Shown: piece after piece, positions 1 to 9,841 of the stretch | Numbering within the stretch: position 1 is the stretch's first letter | Layout of the letters: each line of letters begins with the position of its first letter | Source of the DNA: an uncultured Clostridia bacterium | GTDB lineage: Bacteria > Bacillota > Clostridia > TANB77 > CAG-508 | Assembly: GCA_963559065.1 (NCBI GenBank) | Contig: CAUWIY010000008.1 | Coordinates: 17,012-81,011, forward strand | Length of the DNA stretch: 64,000 bases | Reading direction: 5' to 3' | Notes under the pieces: model-generated | Databases searched by the model: none | The model's input: only the letters and a program-made list of their open reading frames with translations | What the model was told of the DNA's origin: nothing | Program-made: the position numbers and the translations under genes

Positions 1-22
1 ATACTTTTATCATGCCATATAT

Positions 23-358
23 TTATTGTAATACATCTTTTATTGCATCACCAATTATTTTGTTTACATCTGCTAGTAAAATATTAAATTTCATTTCTGC
101 ATCAAAAAATCTTTTTGCTTCTTCATTTTCTATTAATTCTATATATAAATTTTGCATTTTTTTAGTTTTTTCTTCATCAGTCTTTCCAGTTTGCATTGCT
201 GTTATTTGAGCCTCATATCTAGCTTCTTCGAATTCTTGTATTTTCTTTTTTAAATCTTGTTTTAAGTTTAATGTTTCTTTTGCCATTTTATAGTTTATAT
301 ATTCTTCTGATTCTTTTAGCTCTGAAGCTAATTTGTTTACTGTATCATAAACATTCAT
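23..358 (-). CDS. YlbF/YmcA (Com_YlbF) family regulator
   Basis: 111 aa helical protein starting MNVYDTVNKLASELKESEEY and ending with ...FFDAEMKFNILLADVNKIIGDAI, the typical YlbF pattern; GAGG RBS. Confidence 0.8.
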   Translation of the reverse strand: MNVYDTVNKLASELKESEEYINYKMAKETLNLKQDLKKKIQEFEEARYEAQITAMQTGKTDEEKTKKMQNLYIELIENEEAKRFFDAEMKFNILLADVNKIIGDAIKDVLQ

Positions 359-370
359 TTTATATTCCTC

Positions 371-1465
371 CTATTGTACTTTATTTGATGTTGAGTTTAT
401 TGTGTTTCCTATTGGTTCTTCTATTCCTTCTATCTTAACATTTGCATTTATTGGACAAATTTGTACCCATGTATTACCATCATTTACTTTTATTTCATTT
501 CCTTGTAAATCTTGATATTTTGTTTGTAAGTTTCTTGCTTCCTTAATACATTTTATTTTTATCGCTTTTCCATTTGTTATATAATATCCATCAAATGTTC
601 CTATATTTTTTAAACCTTGTCTTCCTTTATTTTCACTATCAGCTAATGTGTAATTATCACAAAATGTTATTATTATATTTTTTGTTGTAATTGGATTTCC
701 TGTGTCCCAATCAGTTTGTGCTTTTTTTCTAGCATATCTTTTATATACTTTATTAGCACTATCATATTCATATTTTACTGTTTGTAAATTAGAATGTGGT
801 ATTGTTATTGTTGTTGCTGATTGACCTTCTTCTAAATTCACTTCATCTGTAACATAATTTAGTACACTTTCTTTTGTTGATGTAGTTTTATATCCTTTTG
901 CTTTTGCCACTTTAAGTAGTGCTTTTGTACTTGTAACTGCATTATGAGGTGCGTATTTGTCTTTTACTCTCCAAAAAGTTGATGAACTTTCTGTTATTCC
1001 ATTTATGTTATTTATTGAATATTGACTAATATCTTTTTGTGCTTGTGGACTCCATCCAAAATGTGCATATATGGCATCATTTTCCATTGCGTAGTCTAGG
1101 AAATAATGTCTTGAGCTTCTTACTGGTCCTATTTTATCAACATCTACTCCTTTGAATAAAGCCATTAATCTAGTTTCTCCACCTTCAACTATAATTTCAT
1201 AAACCATGTATGCTTGGTTTAGCCCAGCTTGTGGCCATGCACCATTATGGTTGTCTATCATAACAGCAATTGGTCTACTATCTCCTTGAAATATTTGTAC
1301 TTTTTTATTTTCTATTTCTGCTGTTAGCACATTTTCTTCTTGATTACCATTTGATACTTCTTGTGATTGATTTTTTTTATCTTGTGTAATTTTATATGCC
1401 ATAACTCCTCCTGCTAGTATAATTAAAATTACTAAAATTACAATTAATACTTTTGTTCCTTTCAT
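371..1465 (-). CDS. DUF3048 (YerB-like) membrane-anchored protein
   Basis: N-terminal TM anchor; motifs RPIAVMIDN, EIIVEGGETRL, GPVRSSR, APHN. Confidence 0.85.
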   Translation of the reverse strand: MKGTKVLIVILVILIILAGGVMAYKITQDKKNQSQEVSNGNQEENVLTAEIENKKVQIFQGDSRPIAVMIDNHNGAWPQAGLNQAYMVYEIIVEGGETRLMALFKGVDVDKIGPVRSSRHYFLDYAMENDAIYAHFGWSPQAQKDISQYSINNINGITESSSTFWRVKDKYAPHNAVTSTKALLKVAKAKGYKTTSTKESVLNYVTDEVNLEEGQSATTITIPHSNLQTVKYEYDSANKVYKRYARKKAQTDWDTGNPITTKNIIITFCDNYTLADSENKGRQGLKNIGTFDGYYITNGKAIKIKCIKEARNLQTKYQDLQGNEIKVNDGNTWVQICPINANVKIEGIEEPIGNTINSTSNKVQ

Positions 1466-1557
1466 TATAAAACATTCCTTTCATCTATTTAAAGTATGTT
1501 ATTCTTAATTAAAATTCAAACAAGTTGTTTTATTTATAACATTATCATATTATAATG

Positions 1558-2031
1558 CTAATCTCTTGTTATTTTTAATTCATTTAAAATTTTATCTTCT
1601 TTTGGTCTCATTTCTTTTTTGTCTTTTTCTTCTATATGGTCATATCCCATTAAATGATAAAAACCATGTACTAACATATAACTTAGTTCTCTTTCAAAAC
1701 TATGTCCATATTCTATTGCTTGTTCTTTTACTTTTTCGATTGATATTATAATATCTCCTAATATGTCTTCATGTAAAAAATCTTCTTTTTCTATTTTTTC
1801 CTCTATCTCCACTTTTTCAAACATAGGAAACGATAGTACATCTGTTGCTTTATCAATATTTCTATATTCTTTATTTATTTTTCTTATTTCTTCTGGATTT
1901 GTAAATGTAATTGTTATTGTTAGTTTAGAATTTAACAATTTTTCTTCTTCAAAGCATTTTTGTAATACTTTTTTTACTGTTTTTTCATATTGTTCGTTTT
2001 CTTCTATGTTTAAATATGTAATTTCGTACAT
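1558..2031 (-). CDS. ybeY: rRNA maturation endoribonuclease YbeY
   Basis: TDVLSFP, LGDIIIS and HGFYHLMGYDH metal-binding motif. Confidence 0.95.
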   Translation of the reverse strand: MYEITYLNIEENEQYEKTVKKVLQKCFEEEKLLNSKLTITITFTNPEEIRKINKEYRNIDKATDVLSFPMFEKVEIEEKIEKEDFLHEDILGDIIISIEKVKEQAIEYGHSFERELSYMLVHGFYHLMGYDHIEEKDKKEMRPKEDKILNELKITRD

Positions 2032-3272
2032 TATGCACTCACCCTATTATCTTTCTTTTTTATTATTCCTGTATATATTCCATAAGATTTTGCATTATTT
2101 TTTATTGTTCTTATTGCATCATAGTCTACTAGTTTTCTTTTATAATATTTTATTAATTTTGTATAATCTACTTTGGCATTTCTAATTTTTTTCATGTCAT
2201 CTTTAATAAATAGCACTTCTCTTTGTCTTACATATTCTACAAAATCTGTGTCTTTTAATTTTTTGATTTCTTTGTACTTGTCCCAGAATTTTTTATATGT
2301 ATCTCTTTGTTTTAAATTTTCCCAATATACTTTTGTTGATAAAATTCTTGTGTTGTATTCTTCTATTAAATCCATTAATGTATTAAAAGCATTTTCTCTT
2401 TTTGCAGCCATCTTTGTGTCTTGTACTAATGTTCTAGCATCTTTTAATAATTTTTCATAGCATTGTTCTGCAACAACAAGTGGAATGCTATGTGTAAATA
2501 TTTTTCTGCTAATTCCCATTAGTATCATATTTTTTTCTATATTATCTTTTGTATCTAATTTTCCAACAGAATAAGCTTCAAATTTGTTATAGTCTTCTAT
2601 AATATCTTCATATTTTTCTTTATCTTCTTTTTGCATTTTTAGTGTTAAAATATTTTCTACATAATCTTCTAATGTGTAAAATATTTTTGTGTATATCCAT
2701 TCTTTTGATGAATCATAAATGTTTGTTGTGTCTGCTAATTTTATTGAATAGTTTTTTAAAATAGCTTTGTATAGTTCATCCATTTTTTCAATATAAAATT
2801 CATTGTATCTTTGGATAAATTTTTCTTTTAGATTTGCTTCTATTCCTTCTTTGTCTAATTCTATTAAATATTTTTGTTTTCTATATTTGTAGTCAATATA
2901 TTCTTTTTCTTTTAAGCTTGTTATTTCATAATATTTTGATAACGCATTTTTTTCGAATTCTGATGCTGTATTATTTTTTACTTTTTTATATATAGAGTCC
3001 ATTACATATTTATCTAGTGTTTCTAAATATAATGTATAGGCATTTTCATATTTCTTTTCTGTTTCTTCTTTTTCATTTGTTTCTTTTTGGTAATTTTCAA
3101 ATGTTTTTATTAAATTATTTCTTTTAATTGAGATAATCATTCCATTTATTCCTATTTTAGTAGGAATTAGCATTTTTGTTATTGTTTTTGTTATTTTATT
3201 AAAAAATGTTGTATTAGTACCTGTTATCTTTAGACTTTTTTCTTCCATTTTTATCATCCCTTCATTCATCAT
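2031..3272 (-). CDS. Hypothetical Lys/Tyr/Glu-rich helical protein
   Basis: 413-aa ORF with host-like codon usage; its stop overlaps the ybeY start (TAATG); no motif recognised; start uncertain (Met at 3248-3272). Confidence 0.75.
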   Translation of the reverse strand: MMNEGMIKMEEKSLKITGTNTTFFNKITKTITKMLIPTKIGINGMIISIKRNNLIKTFENYQKETNEKEETEKKYENAYTLYLETLDKYVMDSIYKKVKNNTASEFEKNALSKYYEITSLKEKEYIDYKYRKQKYLIELDKEGIEANLKEKFIQRYNEFYIEKMDELYKAILKNYSIKLADTTNIYDSSKEWIYTKIFYTLEDYVENILTLKMQKEDKEKYEDIIEDYNKFEAYSVGKLDTKDNIEKNMILMGISRKIFTHSIPLVVAEQCYEKLLKDARTLVQDTKMAAKRENAFNTLMDLIEEYNTRILSTKVYWENLKQRDTYKKFWDKYKEIKKLKDTDFVEYVRQREVLFIKDDMKKIRNAKVDYTKLIKYYKRKLVDYDAIRTIKNNAKSYGIYTGIIKKKDNRVSA

Positions 3273-3302
3273 AAATTAAAATTTTTATTTTTAATTTATA
3301 AA

Positions 3303-4508
3303 TCAAAACACAATTTTCTCATTTGTTCCTATGTTTTCAAGTACTTCATATGTAACACGAACTTCAATCCCATCTTCTTGTTCATATGTATTTATAATTT
3401 TATTTACAATTTTTTCTTTATCGGAAATTTCCTGTTCTAATTCTTGCTCTAATTCTTGTATCCCTATGTTTTTAGCTTCTTCTTTTTCATATTCTTTTAC
3501 TTCTTCTTTTTGTTCTTTATATGTCGTTTTCACGATAGAAATTGGTAAATAAAAATCGGAAAATAGCTTGATTTTTTTTTCTTCTGTAATTGTATCATAA
3601 ATTTTAAATTTTGGAAGCTTTTTTGATAAATTTATTTCAAAATTATTTATTTTTATCTTGTATTTGTTTTCTATATTGCCTGTTTCTTTTATTTCCGTAG
3701 TGTTATACATTATTTTTTTGCTTTTTTCATACCATACTTTTGCTTCAATTTCTCCTCTTGCATGTACATAACGTATTCCTGTATATTTTCCTTCCATCCA
3801 TCCATTAATTAATGTTGTTCCAACATTTACAGTGTCTCCTACTTTTACAGCTATACTTCCATTTTGTGCATTTATTTTTGTTATAATTCCTGGTTTATTT
3901 GCTACCACATTACAATACTCTTCTTCATTTATAATATCTGGTTTTTCTGTTGATTTTACTACTTTAACAATTGCATTTGTTCCTTTAAGTTCTATTCCAA
4001 TCCATGAGATGTCATTTCTTTTAGTTCTAATATTATTTATAATTTCTTTTGTGTTTATTTTATTTTTTGGTGTACCTATTGATAGTCCAGCTTCTTCTAT
4101 ATCTTTATATATGCTATTTAAGTCTAAATCACTTTCATCCTGTTTTACGATTTGTATATTCCATACGAAATTTGATGTAATTCCCATCATTATTATAATA
4201 AGTAGTAAAAATGTAAAAAATAATTTTCTTTTTCTATATTTATTAAATATAAATGGAATTCCTTTCTTTTTGTTAATTTTCATTTTACATTTAGTTTGTT
4301 TGGCTATTTTAGCTATTTTTTTTACATCATTAATTCCAACATTTAATTCTAGTTTAACATTTTTATCTCTTTTTAAGTTCCATATCAAAATTTTATTATT
4401 TCTGCATATATTTATAAATCTTTCTATATAATATCCTTCTATTGATATTCTGACATACCCTAATAAATAATATAATATTACTTTAAATAACATTGTTTTT
4501 CCTTTCAA
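3303..4508 (-). CDS. yqfD: Stage IV sporulation protein YqfD
   Basis: GYVRISIEGYYIERFIN, WIGIELKGT, VKVGDTV...LING, VHARGEIEAKVWY; follows yqfC; likely start is ATG at 4493. Confidence 0.9.
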   Translation of the reverse strand: MKGKTMLFKVILYYLLGYVRISIEGYYIERFINICRNNKILIWNLKRDKNVKLELNVGINDVKKIAKIAKQTKCKMKINKKKGIPFIFNKYRKRKLFFTFLLLIIIMMGITSNFVWNIQIVKQDESDLDLNSIYKDIEEAGLSIGTPKNKINTKEIINNIRTKRNDISWIGIELKGTNAIVKVVKSTEKPDIINEEEYCNVVANKPGIITKINAQNGSIAVKVGDTVNVGTTLINGWMEGKYTGIRYVHARGEIEAKVWYEKSKKIMYNTTEIKETGNIENKYKIKINNFEINLSKKLPKFKIYDTITEEKKIKLFSDFYLPISIVKTTYKEQKEEVKEYEKEEAKNIGIQELEQELEQEISDKEKIVNKIINTYEQEDGIEVRVTYEVLENIGTNEKIVF

Positions 4509-4547
4509 AAATATCGTGTTTTATTAAAATTCTATAAATAAATTTAA

Positions 4548-4841
4548 TTATTCAAAATTTTTTTCTAAGTCAAAACTCTCTATTTTTCCTGTTACTTTTA
4601 TGTCATCATTTGTCATGTTTTCTAATTTAAGTTCATATCCATTTATATTTATAATTCCTATGCTTGTGTTTATTCTGATGTAAAAATCTTCATATTCTAA
4701 AATTCCTTTGAAATTTTCTATTATCATTTCTTCAAATCCTGTAATTGTTATTTTAGGAATATTTGAATATATTTCTTGTGGCATTTCTAAAATTCTATCA
4801 ATTTTTGATAAGGCTCTTCTTTTTTTATTCATATAATTCAT
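4548..4841 (-). CDS. yqfC: Sporulation protein YqfC/YabP family
   Basis: PKITITGFEEMIIENFKGILEY motif; sigE-like promoter upstream (GAATA...AATATACT). Confidence 0.85.
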   Translation of the reverse strand: MNYMNKKRRALSKIDRILEMPQEIYSNIPKITITGFEEMIIENFKGILEYEDFYIRINTSIGIININGYELKLENMTNDDIKVTGKIESFDLEKNFE

Positions 4842-4907
4842 CCTCTCGTAAATTCTTCTTTTAAAGTATATTTTGGAAATGCTTCTTTTATTCTCTCTAT
4901 TGTTTTA

Positions 4908-5759
4908 TTATTCTTTAAATTCATCTAAAGATTTAAATTCGTATCCCATATTTTTTATTTCTTTTATTACTTCTCCTAATATATTAGTGTTTGTCTTTGA
5001 GTTTCCGTGTAATAACATTATTTCTCCATTATGTATATTGTTTAAAATTTTTTGTTTAGATTTTGATTCATCTGGTTGTTTGTTTTCATTCCAATCTTCA
5101 TATGCAAATGACCACATTACAGTTTTGTATCCTAAAGAGTTAATTTGGTTTAATGTTTTTTCACTAAATTCTCCCATTGGTGGTCTTATGTATTTCATTT
5201 CATATCCAAATTGTTCATAAATTGATTTGTGTAAATCCATTATTTCTTTATTTATTTGTTCTTCTGTTAATGTTGGCATGCTTTTATGATTAACTGTATG
5301 ATTTCCTACTATATGTCCTTCATCAATCATCTGCTTTATTAACTCTGGTTGTGTATTTGCATAATGAGCAGTAATAAAAAATGTTGCTTTTACATTATTT
5401 TCTTTTAAAGTTGACAATATTTGTTTTGTATATCCCGCTTCATATCCTTCATCAAATGTTAAATAAATATTTTTCTCTTCTTTGTTTCCCATTGCAATTC
5501 CACCATATTTCTCCAGAGTTTCTATATTTTTCTTTCCTAAATCTGGTTGTTCGTTATTATCGTTTCTTTTAATTCCCCAACCTATTTTTTGATTACTTAA
5601 TCCTTGTGAACTTGTTAAAATCGTTTCTTCTTTGTCATTTAATATTGTTAATGAACAAATTGTTAAAAATAGTAATATTATTACTATACTTTTTAAAATT
5701 CCTTTTCTTTTTTTCACATTCATCATATTACCTCCAAACATAATTAATATTAATATCAT
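4908..5759 (-). CDS. pdaA: Spore cortex delta-lactam-biosynthetic N-deacetylase PdaA-like
   Basis: YLTFDEGYE, GNHTVNH, RPPMG, LLHG NodB motifs; true start probably ~5724. Confidence 0.85.
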   Translation of the reverse strand: MILILIMFGGNMMNVKKRKGILKSIVIILLFLTICSLTILNDKEETILTSSQGLSNQKIGWGIKRNDNNEQPDLGKKNIETLEKYGGIAMGNKEEKNIYLTFDEGYEAGYTKQILSTLKENNVKATFFITAHYANTQPELIKQMIDEGHIVGNHTVNHKSMPTLTEEQINKEIMDLHKSIYEQFGYEMKYIRPPMGEFSEKTLNQINSLGYKTVMWSFAYEDWNENKQPDESKSKQKILNNIHNGEIMLLHGNSKTNTNILGEVIKEIKNMGYEFKSLDEFKE

Positions 5760-5920
5760 TTACCAATTGGATAATTTTGTAGAATTGCTCTTGACACAAC
5801 TGTTTTTTTGGATTATATTGTAATTGTTTTTGGAAAATAAAGGAAATTTATTTTTTTTTGTCGATATTTTATTTTCCATATTTTTTTATATTATATTTAT
5901 ATTTTGTAGGGGGATAATAT

Positions 5921-6631
5921 ATGTTAAATTTCGTAATATGCGATGATAATTTAAATATTTTAGATAGATTCTCAAAAATACTTGAGAATATTTTTATTAA
6001 ATATGGGTATGAAGCCAAAATTGGTCTTAGTACAAATAATGTTGATGAATTATTAGATTATATAGATGATAATAAAACTGATGTACTAATTTTAGATATA
6101 AATTTAAAATCTAATAAAAGTGGATTAGAAATTGCATCTAAAGTTAGAGAAATGAATAAAAATACTTATATTATATTTACAACTGCACATTTAGAATATG
6201 CAATGATGGCTTATAAATTTAAAACTTTTGACTATTTAGCAAAACCTGTTACATCAGATAGACTTGAAGAGACAATTATTCGTTTATTTGAAGATGTAAA
6301 TGGCTCTCCAAAGAAGTATATCAAAATTGATAATAAAAAGACAATCATAGATGCTAGCCAAATTTATTTTATAAAGCGTGATGGTATGAAATTAGTATTC
6401 CATACAAAAAGTCGTGACTATGAAATTTATAGTTCTTTTAATAAAATTCATGATATATTACCAGAAGATTTTATTAGGTCACATAAGTCTTTCATTGTTA
6501 ATATTTCTAATATAGTCAATTTAGATCCTGTATCAAATACAGTTTATTTTGAAGATAATTCTTATTGCGATATTGGTCCTAAATACAAAAATGATTTATT
6601 GGAGGAGGTGAAAAACAATGGAACTTTTTAA
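5921..6631 (+). CDS. agrA: AgrA-like LytTR response regulator
   Basis: Receiver domain ICDD...LDINL...KP; C-terminal LytTR motif FIRSHKSFIVN; GGGGG RBS. Confidence 0.9.
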   Translation: MLNFVICDDNLNILDRFSKILENIFIKYGYEAKIGLSTNNVDELLDYIDDNKTDVLILDINLKSNKSGLEIASKVREMNKNTYIIFTTAHLEYAMMAYKFKTFDYLAKPVTSDRLEETIIRLFEDVNGSPKKYIKIDNKKTIIDASQIYFIKRDGMKLVFHTKSRDYEIYSSFNKIHDILPEDFIRSHKSFIVNISNIVNLDPVSNTVYFEDNSYCDIGPKYKNDLLEEVKNNGTF

Positions 6632-7967
6632 TGCAATATGGAACTATATTAGTACTCCAAATGAATTACTACTTAATATATTTTTGATATTTGCTACTTT
6701 TCTTATTGAAGCTCCTTTAACATTTTTTATGATTACAAATATTTTTAAAATATCATATGATAAAAAGCAAAAATATATCTATATAATTTTAACATCTATA
6801 GTTTCTTTATCAAGTATGTTTTTATTAAGTAGTCCATTTAATCTTGTATTTAATTATGTGATGAATTTTATAATTATACATTTTGTTTTTCATATAGAAA
6901 AATTTAAGAATTTGATAGCAACGATTTTTCCAAGTATTGTATTTAATTTATTAATTGTTCTATTTCTTAATCCATATTTAACAATTTTACATATTACATA
7001 TGAACAGGTAAATACAATTCCTTTATATAGAATACCTTTATTATTATTTATATATGCTTTTGTATTTATTTTTATAAATATTTTAAAATTAAGAAATATA
7101 ACAATTAAAATATTAAGTAATTTTGATAAAAAATCTAAAGTTTTTATAGTTATAAATTTTATTTTTGGACTTTTAACTATTATAGTTCAATCTATTTTAA
7201 CTATAAATTATATTGATATATTACCTATAGAATTTACGTTTTTTAATTTTATCTGTTTACTTGTATATTTTTGTTTTAGTTTTTATAGTTTAGCCAAAAT
7301 CATGAAATTGGTTACAACTACACAGCAATTGGAAAGTGCCGAAGAATATAATAAAACTTTACATATTTTACATGATAGTGTTAGAGGTTTTAAACACGAT
7401 TTTGATAATATTGTTACTACATTTGGTGGATATGTTAAAACAAATGATTTAGAAGGTTTAAAAAAATATTATTCTCAACTTGAAGAAGATTGCCAAAAAG
7501 TAAATAATTTATATGTCTTAAATCCAGACATTATAAATAATCCTGGTGTTTATAATTTGCTTACAGCTAAATATAATGAAGCAATTGAAAAAGATATAAA
7601 AGTAAATTTAACATTTTTACTAGACTTAAATAATTTAAATATGAAAATTTATGAATTTGCAAGAGTTCTAGGTATTTTGTTAGATAATGCAATTGAAGCT
7701 GCTTCTGAATGTGATAAAAAAGTATTAAACATTACTTTTAGAAATGATAGTAGAAATAGTGTTAATATTATTGAAATAGAAAATACTTATTTAGATAAAG
7801 ATGTTAATCTTGAATATATTTTTAGTAAAGGAATTAGTGGAAAAGAAAATCATACAGGACTTGGTTTATGGGAAGTAAATCAAATATTAAAGAAAAATAA
7901 TAATGTAAATTTATATACTTCAAAAAACGATGAATACTTTACTCAACAATTACAAATACATTATTAA
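6618..7967 (+). CDS. agrC: AgrC-like membrane sensor histidine kinase (GHKL)
   Basis: Multiple N-terminal TM helices; H-box RGFKHDFDN, N-box GILLDNAIEA, G-box TGLGL; overlaps the agrA end. Confidence 0.9.
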   Translation: MELFNAIWNYISTPNELLLNIFLIFATFLIEAPLTFFMITNIFKISYDKKQKYIYIILTSIVSLSSMFLLSSPFNLVFNYVMNFIIIHFVFHIEKFKNLIATIFPSIVFNLLIVLFLNPYLTILHITYEQVNTIPLYRIPLLLFIYAFVFIFINILKLRNITIKILSNFDKKSKVFIVINFIFGLLTIIVQSILTINYIDILPIEFTFFNFICLLVYFCFSFYSLAKIMKLVTTTQQLESAEEYNKTLHILHDSVRGFKHDFDNIVTTFGGYVKTNDLEGLKKYYSQLEEDCQKVNNLYVLNPDIINNPGVYNLLTAKYNEAIEKDIKVNLTFLLDLNNLNMKIYEFARVLGILLDNAIEAASECDKKVLNITFRNDSRNSVNIIEIENTYLDKDVNLEYIFSKGISGKENHTGLGLWEVNQILKKNNNVNLYTSKNDEYFTQQLQIHY

Positions 7968-8015
7968 AATATGGCATCAAATTTTGATGTCTTATTTTTA
8001 TTATATTAAAATACC

Positions 8016-8045
8016 AAAAAAGAACAGTTTTCACTGTTCTTTTTT
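8016..8045. terminator. Bidirectional intrinsic terminator between agrC and agrD
   Basis: AAAAAAGAACAG-TTTTCA-CTGTTCTTTTTT. Confidence 0.8.
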
Positions 8046-8132
8046 GACGGATTGTTTATAATAACATTAAAGTATATTGTATTTTTAAATATATGTATTG
8101 TCGAACTACATATATTTAAAATTAATAACAAA

Positions 8133-8252
8133 TTAGTCTTTTTTAATTAAACTAGCTGGCATTTTAGGCTGATGTAAAATTGCCCACATTACGCAAGCTG
8201 TGTTTGTTGATTTTGCATATTTTTCTGCTACTTTAGCTAATAATTTTAACAT
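8133..8252 (-). CDS. agrD: AgrD cyclic autoinducing-peptide precursor (39 aa, missing from the ORF track)
   Basis: Hand translation MLKLLAKVAEKYAKSTNTACVMWAILHQPKMPASLIKKD*; RBS AAAGGAGG; Cys followed by the HQPKMP motif; directly downstream of agrB. Confidence 0.92.
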   Translation of the reverse strand: MLKLLAKVAEKYAKSTNTACVMWAILHQPKMPASLIKKD

Positions 8253-8321
8253 TAGAAGCCCTCCTTTGTTTTTTATATAACACAAAAATATAACCGGTAT
8301 TTATTTTTGTATTTTACATTA

Positions 8322-8933
8322 TTATATATTTTCATATACTTCATAACCATATTTGTTATTTGTAAGTTTATATACTAATCTAGTAATCATACAAGTTTGT
8401 ACAAAATAACCTAATATAATTATGTTAGTAATAATGTTGTTGTTAATTACTGTTGCAATTATAAGTCCTGCTGTTAATAAAATATATGATAAAACTTTCT
8501 TTTGTTTTCTTGCTTTTTTACTTAAGATAGGTACATTTTCTGTATCTGCCGGTGCATATTTTTTTATCATAATCATACCAAATATCCATATAGCTAATGC
8601 ACTTGTGTATTTTGCAAAATCATCTAGTATTAATGTTTTTGATAAAAACGCTATTCCACAATAAAATGTGCATGTGGATATAATACAACCTATATGAGTT
8701 TTTAGATGAAATCCTCCAGAAGTACATCTATATGGCATTAATATAATAAATGTTAATAATGTTAATTTTAGCACTCCTAGTAAATATGCAATTCCTAGCA
8801 TAATAAAAATCTTTGGAACTTCGCCTAATAGAATTTGTAGACCATAGTCTATAGCTTCTGCTCTTTCATCATCTATTTCTGGCATTTTCTTTCTGATTTT
8901 ATTGGTTAGTGACTGAGTGATTTTTTCTATCAT
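8322..8933 (-). CDS. agrB: AgrB accessory gene regulator peptidase
   Basis: R..SGGFH...C catalytic His/Cys region, YAPADT.N.P motif, multi-TM. Confidence 0.92.
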   Translation of the reverse strand: MIEKITQSLTNKIRKKMPEIDDERAEAIDYGLQILLGEVPKIFIMLGIAYLLGVLKLTLLTFIILMPYRCTSGGFHLKTHIGCIISTCTFYCGIAFLSKTLILDDFAKYTSALAIWIFGMIMIKKYAPADTENVPILSKKARKQKKVLSYILLTAGLIIATVINNNIITNIIILGYFVQTCMITRLVYKLTNNKYGYEVYENI

Positions 8934-9100
8934 TTTCTCACCTCACTTTTTCTCTTAAGCTGAGGTAAGTTTATCACTAAAATTGCTTTTGTGCACTTTT
9001 ATTTTATGAAATATGCTTTTTGTTTTATATTAATTTTATTTTTTAGTTTCATAAACTTTTTTAGTGTTTTTGTAAAACATTTTATAAATTTATAAACTTT

Positions 9101-9799
9101 TTATAATTTTTTTAGTATACTCCATGTTCCAACTTTTTCTGGAAAATCTGTAAATGTCATTTCTTCTTTAGTTATTGGATGTATTATTGTTAATTCATAT
9201 GCCCATAATGCTATTTGTTTTCCTTTTCCTCTTGTTCCATATTTTTGGTCTCCAAAAATACTATGCCCAAAATTTGAAAGTTGTACTCTTATTTGATGAT
9301 GTCTTCCTGTGTGTAAATTAATTTTAAGCAAGCTTAGTTTTTTTGCTTCATCATATATAATTACTTCATAATCTAATTTAGCTAATTTCGCATTTTTCTT
9401 ATCTTTGTTTACTACTTTACTCATATTGTTTTTTTCATCTTTATATAGATAATCTTCAAGACTTCCACTTCTTTTTTCTATTTTTCCATCTACAACCGCT
9501 AAATATTTCTTTTTAAAAACCTTTTCTCTTATTTCGTCACTTAGTCTTCCTGCAGCTTTTGAAGTTTTTGCAAAAACCATAATTCCGCCAACAGGTCTAT
9601 CTAATCTATGAACCAATCCTAAATAGACATTTCCAGGTTTATTATATTTTTCTTTTATATACTGTTTTACTAATGTAATCATGTCTATGTCTCCGGTTTT
9701 ATCTGCTTGTGATGGTATATTTGGTATTTTTTCTACTACTATTATGTGGTTATCTTCAAATATTATTTTTAAATTTTGCATTTTATTCCTCTTTTCCAT
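9101..9799 (-). CDS. RluA-family pseudouridine synthase
   Basis: VHRLDRPVGG and TGRHHQIRVQ motifs. Confidence 0.9.
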   Translation of the reverse strand: MEKRNKMQNLKIIFEDNHIIVVEKIPNIPSQADKTGDIDMITLVKQYIKEKYNKPGNVYLGLVHRLDRPVGGIMVFAKTSKAAGRLSDEIREKVFKKKYLAVVDGKIEKRSGSLEDYLYKDEKNNMSKVVNKDKKNAKLAKLDYEVIIYDEAKKLSLLKINLHTGRHHQIRVQLSNFGHSIFGDQKYGTRGKGKQIALWAYELTIIHPITKEEMTFTDFPEKVGTWSILKKL

Positions 9800-9841
9800 A
9801 TGGCATATTAATGTTGTTATTTATATTTTTTGAATTTATTA

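Noticed and set aside
6476..6478. AGG as a second shift-prone codon
   Set aside because: AGG occurs in frame in intact genes (agrA FIRS, glmS HTRW), so the pattern is specific to CGG.
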